64,000 nucleotides of DNA, taken from positions 1,920,001 to 1,984,000 of the forward strand of contig OZ253496.1 in the NCBI GenBank assembly GCA_965262115.1, given 5' to 3'. The DNA comes from Nitrospinales bacterium. Lineage in GTDB: Bacteria; Nitrospinota; Nitrospinia; Nitrospinales; VA-1. Positions 33,614-44,607 of this stretch are shown one piece after another. Each line of letters begins with the position of its first letter. Position 1 is the first letter of the stretch. The notes beneath the pieces are model-generated. The model ran no database searches. It had not been told where the DNA came from and was given only the letters and a program-made list of their open reading frames with translations. A program made the position numbers and the translations under genes.

Positions 33614-33689
33614 ATGCGGAGAGCCTCCGCTGGCGACCTGCAATATCCTTATTTGCTGACAAATGTTTTCTCGGCCCAACGAGCCATTG

Positions 33690-33728
33690 TACCCTTTCAG
33701 GGCACGAAAGCTTGGGAAGAATGCCACG
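33690..33728 (+). repeat. 39-bp unit inserted in a host repeat
   Basis: Flanks ctcggcccaacgagccattg | ctatctgcct rejoin to match the reverse complement of 56999-57028. Confidence 0.8.
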
Positions 33729-33764
33729 CTATCTGCCTAAGATTGGGGAAATGGTGTTTTCTTG

Positions 33765-35375
33765 TCATTCTGAACGAAGTGAAGAATCTGGCATTGTTGT
33801 TTTCTGCAACCGAATCCGTTTCAAATATAAAAGTTCCATAGCGTTATTCTTTAATCCTTGCACATAAGGTTTGACCAGCAGGTTCTGGGCCGAAACAAAA
33901 AGCGGAATCATTGGAACTTCTTTTTCGGTGAGCAGGGTTTGGGCTTCATCATAGACTGCTTGCCGGTCTTCCGGTTTTTCCAACGCAGACCCCATGGCGA
34001 TTAGTTCGTCGTAACGGGGGTGAGACCAATTAAGCCGGTTATTGCCGCTGGTTGTAATGAACAGGTTCATGAAGTTGTCGGGGTCGGGGAAATCCGCTCC
34101 CCATCCCAGCCGAAAAATCTGCGGTGGGTCGAGATCCAACCGGCTGAGAAAAACTTTCCACTCCTGGCTTTCAAAATCAATCTGCACATTCAGATGTTCT
34201 TTCCATTGCGCCTGAATGAATTCCGCGATGAAGTGGTTGAGATCGCCGGTGTTGAAGACCGCGGTCACTTTTGGAAACCCTTTGCCGCCGAGATAGCCCG
34301 CTTCAGCCAACAGGGCTCTGGCCTTTTCAGGGTCAAACTTTGATCCTATGTTTTCGTTATAACCGAACATGCCTTTGGGAATCCATGATGAAGCAGGCAG
34401 TTCCCCGCCTTTGAGGAATTTAGGAATGCGGGACCGGTTGATGGCATGGGCAAATGCCCGCCGGATCAACACATCATCGAAGGGCGGTTTTTGCACATTG
34501 AAGCCGTAGTAATAACCCCGTAGCTGAGGTTTGTTCCGGTATTCCTGACTGGATTTATAATGCGGAATCGCAACTGGCGGCAGTTCGAGATAGTCCAACT
34601 CTCCGGTTTCGTAAAGGGTCAGGGCAGTGGTGGGTTCCTGCACCACAAAAATGCGGATGGCGTCGACAGCGGGTTTGCCTTCGTAGTGGCGAGGGTTGGC
34701 TTGCAACACTATTTTGTATTCATGCTGCCATTCTTCAAGTGTGTAAGGGCCATTGGTGACAATATTTTTAGGCTCTGTCCAGGAGTCTCCATGTTTAAGG
34801 ACAATATCTTTTCGCACCGGGAACGTAACCATGAACGTGGTGATGCTGGGAAAATAGACCACGGGTTTTTTTAGGCGGACTTCAAGAACATCCGGCGCCA
34901 GTGTCCGCACCCCGACCTGGCTGGGATCGGTAATTTCCCCCGAATTATATTGCGAGGCATTTTCGATGTCGAAGAGGAAGTAAGCATATTGGGCCGCCGT
35001 CTCCGGTGCCAGCAATCGTTTCCAGGAATACTCAAAGTCCTCTGCGGTGACTGGCTTGCCGTCACTCCAGGTAACATCGTCGCGTAGGAAAAAAGTGATG
35101 GTTCGGCCGTCCTCCGAGTATTCCCATTTTTTGGCAATGGCGGGTTGGGCATTCAATTCCGAATCGTACTGGGTGAGCCCTTCCATGATGTTGGTGAGAA
35201 TCGTGAAAGAAACACTGTCTGTCGCCAGAGTCCAGTCGAGGGTAGGGGGCTCGTTTTTTATAGACATGCGGAAAACAGATTCGTCCGTTGGGGAAGACGG
35301 ACTGCAACCGGTGAGAACCCACGAAAAAATTACAACCTGTAACCAGAAAGAAAAAATGGTGTTTTGCAATTTCAT
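33765..35375 (-). CDS. Peptide ABC transporter substrate-binding lipoprotein (OppA family)
   Basis: Lipobox LTGC, WSDGKPVTAEDFEYSW, NGPY, GWGADFPDP. Confidence 0.92.
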   Translation of the reverse strand: MKLQNTIFSFWLQVVIFSWVLTGCSPSSPTDESVFRMSIKNEPPTLDWTLATDSVSFTILTNIMEGLTQYDSELNAQPAIAKKWEYSEDGRTITFFLRDDVTWSDGKPVTAEDFEYSWKRLLAPETAAQYAYFLFDIENASQYNSGEITDPSQVGVRTLAPDVLEVRLKKPVVYFPSITTFMVTFPVRKDIVLKHGDSWTEPKNIVTNGPYTLEEWQHEYKIVLQANPRHYEGKPAVDAIRIFVVQEPTTALTLYETGELDYLELPPVAIPHYKSSQEYRNKPQLRGYYYGFNVQKPPFDDVLIRRAFAHAINRSRIPKFLKGGELPASSWIPKGMFGYNENIGSKFDPEKARALLAEAGYLGGKGFPKVTAVFNTGDLNHFIAEFIQAQWKEHLNVQIDFESQEWKVFLSRLDLDPPQIFRLGWGADFPDPDNFMNLFITTSGNNRLNWSHPRYDELIAMGSALEKPEDRQAVYDEAQTLLTEKEVPMIPLFVSAQNLLVKPYVQGLKNNAMELLYLKRIRLQKTTMPDSSLRSE

Positions 35376-35406
35376 TTAAAAGCCATTGGTGGTTTTGTGC
35401 CACATT

Positions 35407-36003
35407 TTATATTAATGGCAAATGCAGGGTTTCCACTTTCCAATCAAATCCCTGCCGTTTCCATATAATAGTAAAAGGTTTGTTTTTAATATTGAAGCTT
35501 GCTTTGAAATGAGAAATGTCTGTAAAGAAAAGGTGATTAATTCGTTCCCAAAGGTTGGGGAAATTTTGGCCTTCAAGTTTTAGCGGTTTTTCTTTTGTGG
35601 GCGGGCTCAATTGTTTTGGGTTTAATGGTTTTGGTTCAGAAGCTTTCTCAAATATTTTCCTGATTTGGTCCACATATTTATCTGGGTAGTGGTAAAAATA
35701 GATCATTCCCTCTGGCGTAGCTATTTGTTCGGCGATTTGCCGAGTCAGTGAGTTGGAACTAAAACTTAACTGTATATTTTCCTGTTTCAGATTTTTGTTT
35801 AAAACTTCTTGGACATAACGGTTAAGGTCTTTCTCAATCTCTTTCCTGAAGGGAGGCCAATGAATTTCCTCCATTACTATTTCCTTATCAGCAGATTCCA
35901 GGCCGACATATAACTTTAATAAGGCCAGATAAGGCCAAATAAAATAGGCAAATATCGGAATACAAAGAGAGATAGAAGGTTTTCGCATATTTTCAGGTTT
36001 CAT
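35407..36003 (-). CDS. Hypothetical protein (DUF2939-like)
   Basis: N-terminal TM with WPY, C-terminal RQGFDWKV. Confidence 0.5.
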   Translation of the reverse strand: MKPENMRKPSISLCIPIFAYFIWPYLALLKLYVGLESADKEIVMEEIHWPPFRKEIEKDLNRYVQEVLNKNLKQENIQLSFSSNSLTRQIAEQIATPEGMIYFYHYPDKYVDQIRKIFEKASEPKPLNPKQLSPPTKEKPLKLEGQNFPNLWERINHLFFTDISHFKASFNIKNKPFTIIWKRQGFDWKVETLHLPLI

Positions 36004-36280
36004 CTATTGGATTTCCCTGATATTTGCATTGAAAGCATTCAAATTTTCCTATTATAGCCACCATTACTCGAATTTAGTTAGGGGAAGCTTTTTTTAACGG
36101 GATTTGAGTTTTAATTCTCAGGTATAGCATGGGAAATCTTTGGTCATAAGTCCGATGGAACCAGTAAAATAGAGAATTTCACTGATTTATCATTTAATTA
36201 TTTACTGATTTATCATTTAATTCTTTACTTTTCCCCGCACCTTTATAGAATGGAGCTTTTTACCTGGTTCCGTAACGGTC

Positions 36281-36946
36281 ATGGCAGAAGATATTTCCTA
36301 TATCAGAAAATGGATCAAGCGCGGTTTGAGTAAGGATAAGAAGACCCTGGATTTTTCAAACAGGGGCATTGATAACGAGACCGCCATGGACCTGGCTGAA
36401 AACGTGGCGCTTCCTGATATTGAAATCCTTTATATTCATACCAATAAAATAAAGGATCTGGGTGTGGAGGAATTGGCCCAGTCAGAATTTTTTGAGCCGC
36501 TTAAAGAGCTCTGGATGTATGAAAACCTGATCGGCGATGATGGAGCCAGGGCTTTGGCCGAGTCTGAAGTATTGACCCGGTTGCGGTACCTTAGTTTATA
36601 TACCAATAAAGTTGGGGATGAAGGAGCCGTGGCTTTGGCAAACTCTAAAAGTCTTTCCAAGCTCGAAAAGCTTGACCTTTCGTTTAATCGGATTGGAGAC
36701 GTTGGAGCGGAAGCCCTGGCAAACTCGACCCATCTAAAAAATTTAAAGGAATTGCATCTTGATGCCAACCGAATTGGTCTCAGGGGAATGCAGGCTTTGG
36801 CTGAACTCTCCGGATTGCAAAACCTCCAGACTTTAAACCTGTCTTATAACCTGATCAATCCCCAGGGACTGGAACTTTTGAATGAGTCCAAACGTTTACG
36901 GGAAATGAATGCAGTGAAAACGGACTATCCCCATATTGGTGGTTGA
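36281..36946 (+). CDS. Leucine-rich repeat protein (RI/GALA-like)
   Basis: 28-aa L..L.L..N.IGD.GA.ALA.S repeats. Confidence 0.9.
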   Translation: MAEDISYIRKWIKRGLSKDKKTLDFSNRGIDNETAMDLAENVALPDIEILYIHTNKIKDLGVEELAQSEFFEPLKELWMYENLIGDDGARALAESEVLTRLRYLSLYTNKVGDEGAVALANSKSLSKLEKLDLSFNRIGDVGAEALANSTHLKNLKELHLDANRIGLRGMQALAELSGLQNLQTLNLSYNLINPQGLELLNESKRLREMNAVKTDYPHIGG

Positions 36947-38428
36947 TTGATGCGGCCTGAAATAGAAGACCTGAATTTTATCCAGACTCTTAATGATAGA
37001 TTGATCCGCAAGGACCCGGTTCTGGATCTCTCCTATGACCGAATGGGAGATGCGGGGATCGTTTTTTTGTCCCGGAATAAAGATTTATCTCACGTTCAAA
37101 AACTGGATTTGAGCTGGAATGAAATCACCGATGAAGGATTGGCTGTTCTTGCTGGCATGGGTTCGCTGGCCGAGCTCAAGCATCTCGTTCTCAATGCCAA
37201 CCAGATTGGCGATGAGGGAGCCCGAAGTCTCGCGCTTTCAAAAAATCTCCCCAACCTTGAAACAATAGAACTGGTCAATAATAAGATTTCCGATTTTGGT
37301 GCTTTGAGCCTTGTGAAGTCTCAGTCACTGTTGAACCTTGGATTCATTGATTTGGAAATGAATAAGGTGGGGCAGAAAAAATTGACCCGGTTTCCTGACG
37401 GCGCAATGGTTTCCAAACTTCGTGTTCTCAACCTTCGTCGCAATCTTGTTGGGGATGAAAGTCTTGCAGACTGGGCGCAGGCCGGCGCTTTTGAAAAACT
37501 GGTACATCTGAATCTGGGCTGGAATCAAATCACCAATCAGGGTGCCAACATTCTTGCGCATTCTCCCACGTTAACCCGTCTGGAAATTCTGGTTCTCGAT
37601 TCCAATCATATTGGTGATCCCGGAGCTTTGGATATTGCCGGGTCCAAGCACTTGAATAATCTTGTTCAGCTTTATATGCAGGATAATAATTATGGCCGGG
37701 CCGGAGAGACCGCTCTTAGAGTCATGCGATCTCGGATTTTGGTTGAGAAGAAAAGAATCGAAAATATACTCAACCTTAATGAGCAGAGATTGGACAATAA
37801 AGACCTTGCTTCTTTGGCGCAATACGAAAAACTGGGCGGGATCGTTTCTCTTTCACTGAGGAACAACCATTTTGATTACCACGGGGTTCAGGACCTTGCC
37901 AATTCCCAGTTTTTAAAAAACCTGACATCCTTGAACTTGATGAGCAATGCAGTGGGGGACAAAGGTCTTTTCTTGCTGGCGGAATCTCCCAACCTTTCGC
38001 AATTGGAAAGTTTGAATCTGGAAAATACAGGGATCACTTCGTTGGGAATCCTTGCCCTCTCGCAATCTCCACATCTTAGTCGATTGAAAGAGCTTAATGT
38101 GAGTGGCAATAATCTGGGAGAAAAAGGTCTGCGTATTTTAGCGGATTCCGTGAACTTCAAAAACCTGATTAAACTAAGAGTCTCCGGGATTCCTATGGGG
38201 GATTCCGGATTTCAGGCCCTGGTTCAGTCCGATACTTTAAGTCACCTTGAAGAGTTGGAATCCATGGGCAACACCATCACCCGGGAAAGTCTGGATTCTT
38301 TGGCAAATTCTGCCAAATTGCCCCAGTTAAAAAAGCTGGATCTTCGACGCAACAAACTTGAGGAAGCGGATCTTATCTTCCTGGCGGATTTTCCAAAATT
38401 CAATGATCTGGAAGCCCTGAGATTTTAA
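36947..38428 (+). CDS. Leucine-rich repeat protein (RI/GALA-like)
   Basis: About 15 LRR repeats of the same type. Confidence 0.9.
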   Translation: MMRPEIEDLNFIQTLNDRLIRKDPVLDLSYDRMGDAGIVFLSRNKDLSHVQKLDLSWNEITDEGLAVLAGMGSLAELKHLVLNANQIGDEGARSLALSKNLPNLETIELVNNKISDFGALSLVKSQSLLNLGFIDLEMNKVGQKKLTRFPDGAMVSKLRVLNLRRNLVGDESLADWAQAGAFEKLVHLNLGWNQITNQGANILAHSPTLTRLEILVLDSNHIGDPGALDIAGSKHLNNLVQLYMQDNNYGRAGETALRVMRSRILVEKKRIENILNLNEQRLDNKDLASLAQYEKLGGIVSLSLRNNHFDYHGVQDLANSQFLKNLTSLNLMSNAVGDKGLFLLAESPNLSQLESLNLENTGITSLGILALSQSPHLSRLKELNVSGNNLGEKGLRILADSVNFKNLIKLRVSGIPMGDSGFQALVQSDTLSHLEELESMGNTITRESLDSLANSAKLPQLKKLDLRRNKLEEADLIFLADFPKFNDLEALRF

Positions 38429-38510
38429 TATCAATGTCCTTAAGGGGTAGGGGTCTATTGATGATGAAGTGTTGGAGGGTTTTTGCGGGGAACCATACGC
38501 TGGTTTTCTG

Positions 38511-39740
38511 TCACCCCGATTCAATGGCGCTGTTAAAAAAATCAAAGAGATTTTCCAGTTGTGCCAAGAGTTCTTTTTCTTCAAGCCGGTGAATCCGGAA
38601 GGACACTGCTCCGGCATGACCCCCTCCGCCCATATAAAGATCGCCAAACAATTCCTTGATCTTGTCTTCGGCGGTGCGTAAATCCACGCCGGAAAAATCC
38701 ACAGCCCTTCGAATCTTGATAAAAACGCAATCTTCCCCCTCAGCATTTTGGCCTTCAAAAATAACCACTCCGGCGTGTCCGGATTTTTCCGGTACAGAGT
38801 TCAAAAGCAAACCCATGATATCGACAAACCAGTCTGATTCAAACGGCTGACAGGTTCCATGCACTTCTTCATAAGTTGAGGGCAGGAGGTTTAAAACCCC
38901 CGTATTTCCTTTAATCTCAATACTGGAGTTCAATAAATTCAAGCAACTTTCCTGGTATTCTGTCAGCTTGTTTAAATAATCCAGAATTTGTTTGGGATCA
39001 CCAAACTTTGAAGCTTTACAGTCCTCGGCCCTTTTATTATCAGCAGAATCCCGCCAGCGCGTAATAATTTTCAACTGCTCCCCCAGTTTTTCCATCCAGC
39101 GGTCGTAGTCTTCCTTGTAATGGATTACTTTGCCCCCGACGGTGTCACAGAGCATTCCTGTTATCAATCCCAGGATGATATTGCGCTGGCTGAAGGGGTT
39201 GGGTCTTTCCGGGTTTTCATTGTAAAGCGTTTCCAGAATATCGCCAATGATCTCGGTATTGGCATTGGCATTGCGGAATAGCTTGGTGCCATATTCGGTT
39301 AATTCCTCGCTGTCTGCTCCGAAGTGATGATCAATTTCTATGACGTTTGGTTTTTTCGAAAGTATGTCTTCAGAAATGCAGGAGTAAAACGGAACCAGTT
39401 TTGTGTTGGCGGTGTCACAAAAAATAACAGCTTCAATTTCATCTTTAACAGCTGCGATCTCTTTTGGATTTCTGAGAAGGCCAATAGAATTGTATTGGAT
39501 GATTTTTTCAAAAAAATCCAGATTGTCCCCAAGCGGTTCGGGAATAACAATAAAAACTTTTTTGTCCAATTGGTTCAAATAAAGGGAAAGGGATAACATG
39601 GACCCCACCGAATCGGGATCAATATCTCCGCTGAACAAAAAACAGTCGCTGGAATTTATTAAATCAATGGCATGGCTCAGGTTGGTATCCCAAGTCGGTC
39701 CGTTGATGGGCTTTTTCTCTTTCATTAAGACTTTTGGCAA
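38511..39740 (-). CDS. DHH-family phosphoesterase-like protein
   Basis: DPDSVGS, CDT, IDHH and GGGHAGA motifs. Confidence 0.75.
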   Translation of the reverse strand: MPKVLMKEKKPINGPTWDTNLSHAIDLINSSDCFLFSGDIDPDSVGSMLSLSLYLNQLDKKVFIVIPEPLGDNLDFFEKIIQYNSIGLLRNPKEIAAVKDEIEAVIFCDTANTKLVPFYSCISEDILSKKPNVIEIDHHFGADSEELTEYGTKLFRNANANTEIIGDILETLYNENPERPNPFSQRNIILGLITGMLCDTVGGKVIHYKEDYDRWMEKLGEQLKIITRWRDSADNKRAEDCKASKFGDPKQILDYLNKLTEYQESCLNLLNSSIEIKGNTGVLNLLPSTYEEVHGTCQPFESDWFVDIMGLLLNSVPEKSGHAGVVIFEGQNAEGEDCVFIKIRRAVDFSGVDLRTAEDKIKELFGDLYMGGGGHAGAVSFRIHRLEEKELLAQLENLFDFFNSAIESG

Positions 39741-39887
39741 AGATTATTTTTGAAACTTAGGTCAATAGCATAAAAGGTGTCTGAGGGCTTGACAATTAAA
39801 TTACAGTTTCGGTGTAAAGGAAAATGTTTGCCCAAGAGAGGGAGATCTAATAATTCTCAATATTTATGCAAATTTAGAAACAAGGGT

Positions 39888-40304
39888 TTAGCTAAACCCG
39901 GGGTCGTCATCAAATATTTCGTTATAATCCTCTTTGGTTGCATGATCTGGTGCGGGGCGGCACCAGTCGAAATCGGGGTCGTCATCGGTATTGTCGGAAC
40001 CCTTTTTTTTGGCTTGAGTTACCCTATCTACGAAATCCCTCATGCTCAATTCCGTGAAATCCTGGCACCCGCATTCGCACTCCGATTCTCCATTTACAAA
40101 CTCGGTCTCTTTTTTGAGCACCAAAGCCCTTTTGCAAGAGTCGCAGGTATGGCCTTGATGGGTGCCGACCAAATCGTAAGCCATCAAGTTTTCCCGGCAT
40201 TGGTTGCAGATGGCAGGTGCACCAGGAGTGAATGTGGAAATGAGGTTTTCAAGCCCACAACCGCCACACTCCATCAACAGGTCGAAAGGAGTCTCCAGGT
40301 TCAT
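39888..40304 (-). CDS. Cys-rich putative zinc-ribbon protein
   Basis: CGGC, CNQC, CDSC and CECG(C) pairs, acidic tail. Confidence 0.6.
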   Translation of the reverse strand: MNLETPFDLLMECGGCGLENLISTFTPGAPAICNQCRENLMAYDLVGTHQGHTCDSCKRALVLKKETEFVNGESECECGCQDFTELSMRDFVDRVTQAKKKGSDNTDDDPDFDWCRPAPDHATKEDYNEIFDDDPGFS

Positions 40305-40311
40305 GGCGGGG

Positions 40312-40680
40312 TTATGAGCTTGAGCTGTCGGGGAATATTTTTGACATATCGCCCATTTTTTCCATGGCCTCTTCTTTAGACATTTTTGTAATATCAATGC
40401 CCATTTCCGCTAAGGTGCCAGAGAAAGGACATTTGCTTGCTCCGCTCTTGGGTTCTTCGCCTTCGGCAGTAGTTGCGGGTTTTTCAGTTTCAATTTCTCC
40501 TGCTTCCGCCATGATGATCCAATGCATGGACTCGATGGTCTGTGCTTTTTCGGCAGTAATTTTTTCAAGGGATTCTTTGGTTTCAGGATGCTTCACCATA
40601 GCGGTGGCTTCCTTGTATTTTTCCAAGGCTTTTTTCTCAAACTCGACGGCTTCTTTCAACGCCACGGCAGAATTAGACAT
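40312..40680 (-). CDS. Short ferritin/rubrerythrin-like helical protein
   Basis: LKEAVEFEKKALEKY...LEKITAEK pattern; SKCPF motif in tail. Confidence 0.5.
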   Translation of the reverse strand: MSNSAVALKEAVEFEKKALEKYKEATAMVKHPETKESLEKITAEKAQTIESMHWIIMAEAGEIETEKPATTAEGEEPKSGASKCPFSGTLAEMGIDITKMSKEEAMEKMGDMSKIFPDSSSS

Positions 40681-40840
40681 TGTGGGACTCCTGACAAAAT
40701 TAATGGGCTTGTATCATAGTATTTTAATGGAAAATCAAAAATATACCAAATTCTTTCCTCCAAATAGCAATAATCTTATCCGCCGGATGGCGGATCCGCG
40801 TCATATTGCGGGAATAGGGGAAACCTGACATAATGTGCCC

Positions 40841-42265
40841 ATGAAAAAAACCATCGTTATAGGAGGCGGAATCGCCGGGTTAGCGGCGGCTTACCGTATT
40901 CAGAAGGAGATATCAGAAGGAGCCCAACTGGAGTGCACCTTGCTTGAGGGTGGAGACCAATTTGGCGGAAAAATCGCCACAGAAAGGTCTGAGGGATTCG
41001 TCATCGAACGGGGTCCAGACTCGTTTATTTCGCAAAAACCCGCCGCCATTCAACTTTGCCAACAACTGGGCATTGGAGACCATTTGGTCTCAACCAATCC
41101 AGAAACCCCCAACACCTATGTGTATACCGGCGGTAAACTGGTTACCATGCCGGATGGGTTGAGCCTGATGATTCCCACCAAGTTTTTGCCATTTGCCCTG
41201 ACACCTCTGTTCAGCTTGTCTGGAAAAATCCGCATGGCGTTCGATCTTTTGATCCCGAAAAAAGCTGATGAAAGCGATGAAAGTCTGGCTTCATTTATCC
41301 GCAGGAGGATGGGGGAGGAAGCCTTGAGAAAAATGGCCGAACCCATGCTGGCCGGCATTTATGCCGGTGATCCCGAAACTATGAGCATTGGCAGCACCTT
41401 CCCCATGTTTGTCGAGACCGAACGTAAATACAGATCTCTTATTCTGGGGATGCTGGCAAGAAAAAAAGCCATGCTTCTGAATGCTGGCAAACGTCCTAAA
41501 AGTAACTTCAGTTTGTTCATGACTTTGAAAAATGGTTTGGGGCAAATTGTCGAAGCGGTGATTGAAAAATCTCCTGATATCCAGTTTCAGTCCGGGGCAA
41601 GAGTGGAATCCATTGCCGGGGAAGCAGGTGACTGGTCCATACGTTTAGAAGGCGGTGGCGAACACAAAGCCGAAGCGCTCATACTAGCCACCCCCGGCCA
41701 TATCACTGCCCGGTTCCTGCAATCGGTCACCCCCAAAGCCGCTGAGCTTTTGAAGCAGATCAAATATGTTTCCACCGCCACCGTGACCATCGCGTATAAA
41801 AAGGAAGGATTTCCCCACGCCCTGGATGGATTTGGTTTTGTTGTGCCCAAATGTGAAGGCCGCAGTATTCTTGCCTGCACCTGGACTTCATCGAAGTTCC
41901 CCCACCGGACTCCCGAAGGCTATGTCATGCTCCGCTGTTATCTGGGAGGAGCCTTGCAGGAAGATATCGCCGAAAAAGACGAAAAGACCATGGCCACTCT
42001 GGTCAAGCAGGACCTTAGAGAAATAATGGGAATCCAGGAGGAGCCGGTATTCTGCAAAGTTTTTCACAACCGAAAATCCAACGTACAGTATCAGGTGAAC
42101 CATTCCGAGCGTATTGATGCCATCATGCAGGAGTTGGAGGAAGGACTTTTCCTGGCAGGAAGCGCCTACCGCGGCATTGGCATACCCGATTGCATCCAGA
42201 ATGGAACCCAGTCGGCCGAGTCAGCGATCCGGTTTCTGGTGGGAAAATCCAAAACGAAAACTTAG
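40841..42265 (+). CDS. hemG: Protoporphyrinogen/coproporphyrinogen oxidase (HemY type)
   Basis: IGGGIAGLAAAY, ERGPDSF, GIYAGD, GIGIPDCI. Confidence 0.9.
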   Translation: MKKTIVIGGGIAGLAAAYRIQKEISEGAQLECTLLEGGDQFGGKIATERSEGFVIERGPDSFISQKPAAIQLCQQLGIGDHLVSTNPETPNTYVYTGGKLVTMPDGLSLMIPTKFLPFALTPLFSLSGKIRMAFDLLIPKKADESDESLASFIRRRMGEEALRKMAEPMLAGIYAGDPETMSIGSTFPMFVETERKYRSLILGMLARKKAMLLNAGKRPKSNFSLFMTLKNGLGQIVEAVIEKSPDIQFQSGARVESIAGEAGDWSIRLEGGGEHKAEALILATPGHITARFLQSVTPKAAELLKQIKYVSTATVTIAYKKEGFPHALDGFGFVVPKCEGRSILACTWTSSKFPHRTPEGYVMLRCYLGGALQEDIAEKDEKTMATLVKQDLREIMGIQEEPVFCKVFHNRKSNVQYQVNHSERIDAIMQELEEGLFLAGSAYRGIGIPDCIQNGTQSAESAIRFLVGKSKTKT

Positions 42266-42303
42266 CATCTAACGTCCATAACTATTAAAAAAAGGAGTTC
42301 CTC

Positions 42304-43488
42304 ATGAAGTGGGTTTCCGCCCTTTCCCGGCAAACCGATATCGACAGCGCTGTGCAAGAAGCGGCCGAATCTGCCATCCAGCAACTTGGCAAAAACAATG
42401 CCGATTTGACCGTGGTGTTTGTTTCTCCCCAGTTTAAGGAATTTTATGACAAGGTTCCCGAATTAGTCAGTCGCTATTTAAAACCCGGTCTGCTCTTTGG
42501 TTGTTCAGGAGGAGGAATCATCGGCAATGGCGAAGAGGCAGAGCAACAGGCGGCGGTCAGTATCACTTGTGCAGAACTGCCTGGCGTAAAAATTCAGCCT
42601 ATCCAGTTCGAGACTACCGATCTACCGGATCAGGACACTTCGCCTTCTGTCTGGCGCGAATGGTTGAAGGTGAATGTGGAGGACAATCCCCATTTTGTTT
42701 TTCTGGCAGACCCCTTTTCATTCCGCGGCGAAGAGTTTTTGGCAGGGGTGGATTTTGCCTACCCCAATAGTAAAAAGATCGGCGGCCTCGCCAGCGGCGC
42801 CCAGACCCAAGGGGGAAATGCCCTGTATCTCGAGGACAAAATTTATAATAGTGGGCTGATCGGCATCGCGCTGAGCGGTGATATTGAGGTCGATACCATT
42901 GTTGCCCAGGGGTGCCGCCCCATTGGCGAACCCCTGCAAATCACCCAGTGTGAGCACAATCTACTGAAGGAACTGGGGGGGAAGCCGCCGTTGGAAGTGC
43001 TGCAGGAACTGCAAGAATCTTTATCAGACGCTGACAAAAAACTGATTCAGAACTCTCTGTTTCTGGGAATAGAAATGGACCCTATGAAAGACAATCCCAA
43101 ACAGGGAGATTTCCTCATTCGCAATTTGATGGGGGTTGACCGGGAGAGCGGAGCCGTGGCTATCGGCGCTCTGTTAAGAAACGGACAATTGGTGCAGTTT
43201 CACCTACGCGATAAAAAGATGTCGGCAGAAGACCTGGATGTGATGTTGACCCGCTATCTGAATCAGGGGAACGCCGAAAACGCCAAAGGAGCCCTGTTGT
43301 TTTCCTGTCTGGGGCGCGGTCAATATCTGTACGGCAAAGCCAATCACGATACCGATATGTTTCGTGGCAAACTGGGGGACATTCCTCTAGGAGGATTTTT
43401 CTGCAACGGCGAGATTGGGCCGGTGGGAAAGACTACGTTTGTACATGGCTATACCAGTTCATTTGGAATTTTCCGAAAGTCCCGGTAA
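42304..43488 (+). CDS. FIST-domain protein
   Basis: GCSGGG, LADPF, GGLAS, QGCRPIG, FSCLGRG, GFFCNGEIGP. Confidence 0.92.
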   Translation: MKWVSALSRQTDIDSAVQEAAESAIQQLGKNNADLTVVFVSPQFKEFYDKVPELVSRYLKPGLLFGCSGGGIIGNGEEAEQQAAVSITCAELPGVKIQPIQFETTDLPDQDTSPSVWREWLKVNVEDNPHFVFLADPFSFRGEEFLAGVDFAYPNSKKIGGLASGAQTQGGNALYLEDKIYNSGLIGIALSGDIEVDTIVAQGCRPIGEPLQITQCEHNLLKELGGKPPLEVLQELQESLSDADKKLIQNSLFLGIEMDPMKDNPKQGDFLIRNLMGVDRESGAVAIGALLRNGQLVQFHLRDKKMSAEDLDVMLTRYLNQGNAENAKGALLFSCLGRGQYLYGKANHDTDMFRGKLGDIPLGGFFCNGEIGPVGKTTFVHGYTSSFGIFRKSR

Positions 43489-43523
43489 GTATCTATAATT
43501 TCCCCGCCATATAAGGCGCATTC

Positions 43524-44276
43524 ATGAACGTTACAATACTGGGTTCCGGCACCGCAGTGCCATCTTTGGAACGCAATTCGTCCGGTGTGCTCATTCAGGA
43601 ACAGGGCATCAATACCCTGGTTGATTTCGGCTATGGAACCCTGAAACAACTTTTGCACTTGGGAATCACCTACCACGATATTGACCGGATTTTTTTCACC
43701 CACAACCACCCGGATCATATGTGTGATTTGATCCCTTTCTTATTCGGAGCCCGTTACCGTCCCTCATCAAGAAAAAAAGATTTGGAAATCGTTGCCGGGC
43801 CTGGGTTTCAGGGATTTTTTGACAAACTCATGTCGACGTTCAAGCATTGGCTTGTCCCCACTGAATATCAACTCCGCATCACGGAAATTGATGAGGGATC
43901 GAAAAAGTTTGGCTGTCATCAGGTCATCTTCAAAAAAGTCCAACATATCGAGATGAGCCGGGGCTATCGGTTTGAGAACCCGGCGGGAAAGTCGGTGGCG
44001 TTATCGGGAGATACCGATTATTGCCAGGGCATGATCGAACTGGGTAGGCAGGCGGATCTTATGATTTTGGAATGTGCCTTTCCCGATGAAGATAAAGTGG
44101 CGGGACATCTGGTTCCCTCGCTGGCAGGAAAGCTGGCGAAAGAAGCCGACTGTAAAACGCTTTGCCTCACCCATTTTTATCCACCCTGCGATTTGGATGC
44201 CATGCGCGAAACCGTATCCGGCCTCTATGCCGGTGAACTAGTTCTGGCCCAGGACCTCATGCAGTTTGAACTGTAA
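43524..44276 (+). CDS. MBL-fold hydrolase, RNase Z-like
   Basis: LGSGT, THNHPDH, SGDT, LTHFY. Confidence 0.85.
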   Translation: MNVTILGSGTAVPSLERNSSGVLIQEQGINTLVDFGYGTLKQLLHLGITYHDIDRIFFTHNHPDHMCDLIPFLFGARYRPSSRKKDLEIVAGPGFQGFFDKLMSTFKHWLVPTEYQLRITEIDEGSKKFGCHQVIFKKVQHIEMSRGYRFENPAGKSVALSGDTDYCQGMIELGRQADLMILECAFPDEDKVAGHLVPSLAGKLAKEADCKTLCLTHFYPPCDLDAMRETVSGLYAGELVLAQDLMQFEL

Positions 44277-44607
44277 CGGGGCACTCGGCTCCTAACTTTT
44301 TCCCTCTCTTCGGTCTTCGATAAAGTCCACCACGAACATGAACAGCCGGATGACCCCGATAGTGGCGAATATACCGACCAAAAGTTGAAACAGGGGCGGT
44401 AGGGCAATGATAAAGTTTTTAATACTATCAATGAGTGTGTCCAAAGAAATACCTTGAGTGTGTCCAAAGAAATACCTTGCAGATTAAAAATGGATTTCAG
44501 ATTTTACCCCAAGTTGCAGAAACCACAATAGCTTTTATTAGCAAGTATTAGCCAATTTATCTGAAAACATTGTTGGTGACAGTAAAAAGTTTTGCATATT
44601 GGCCCCA

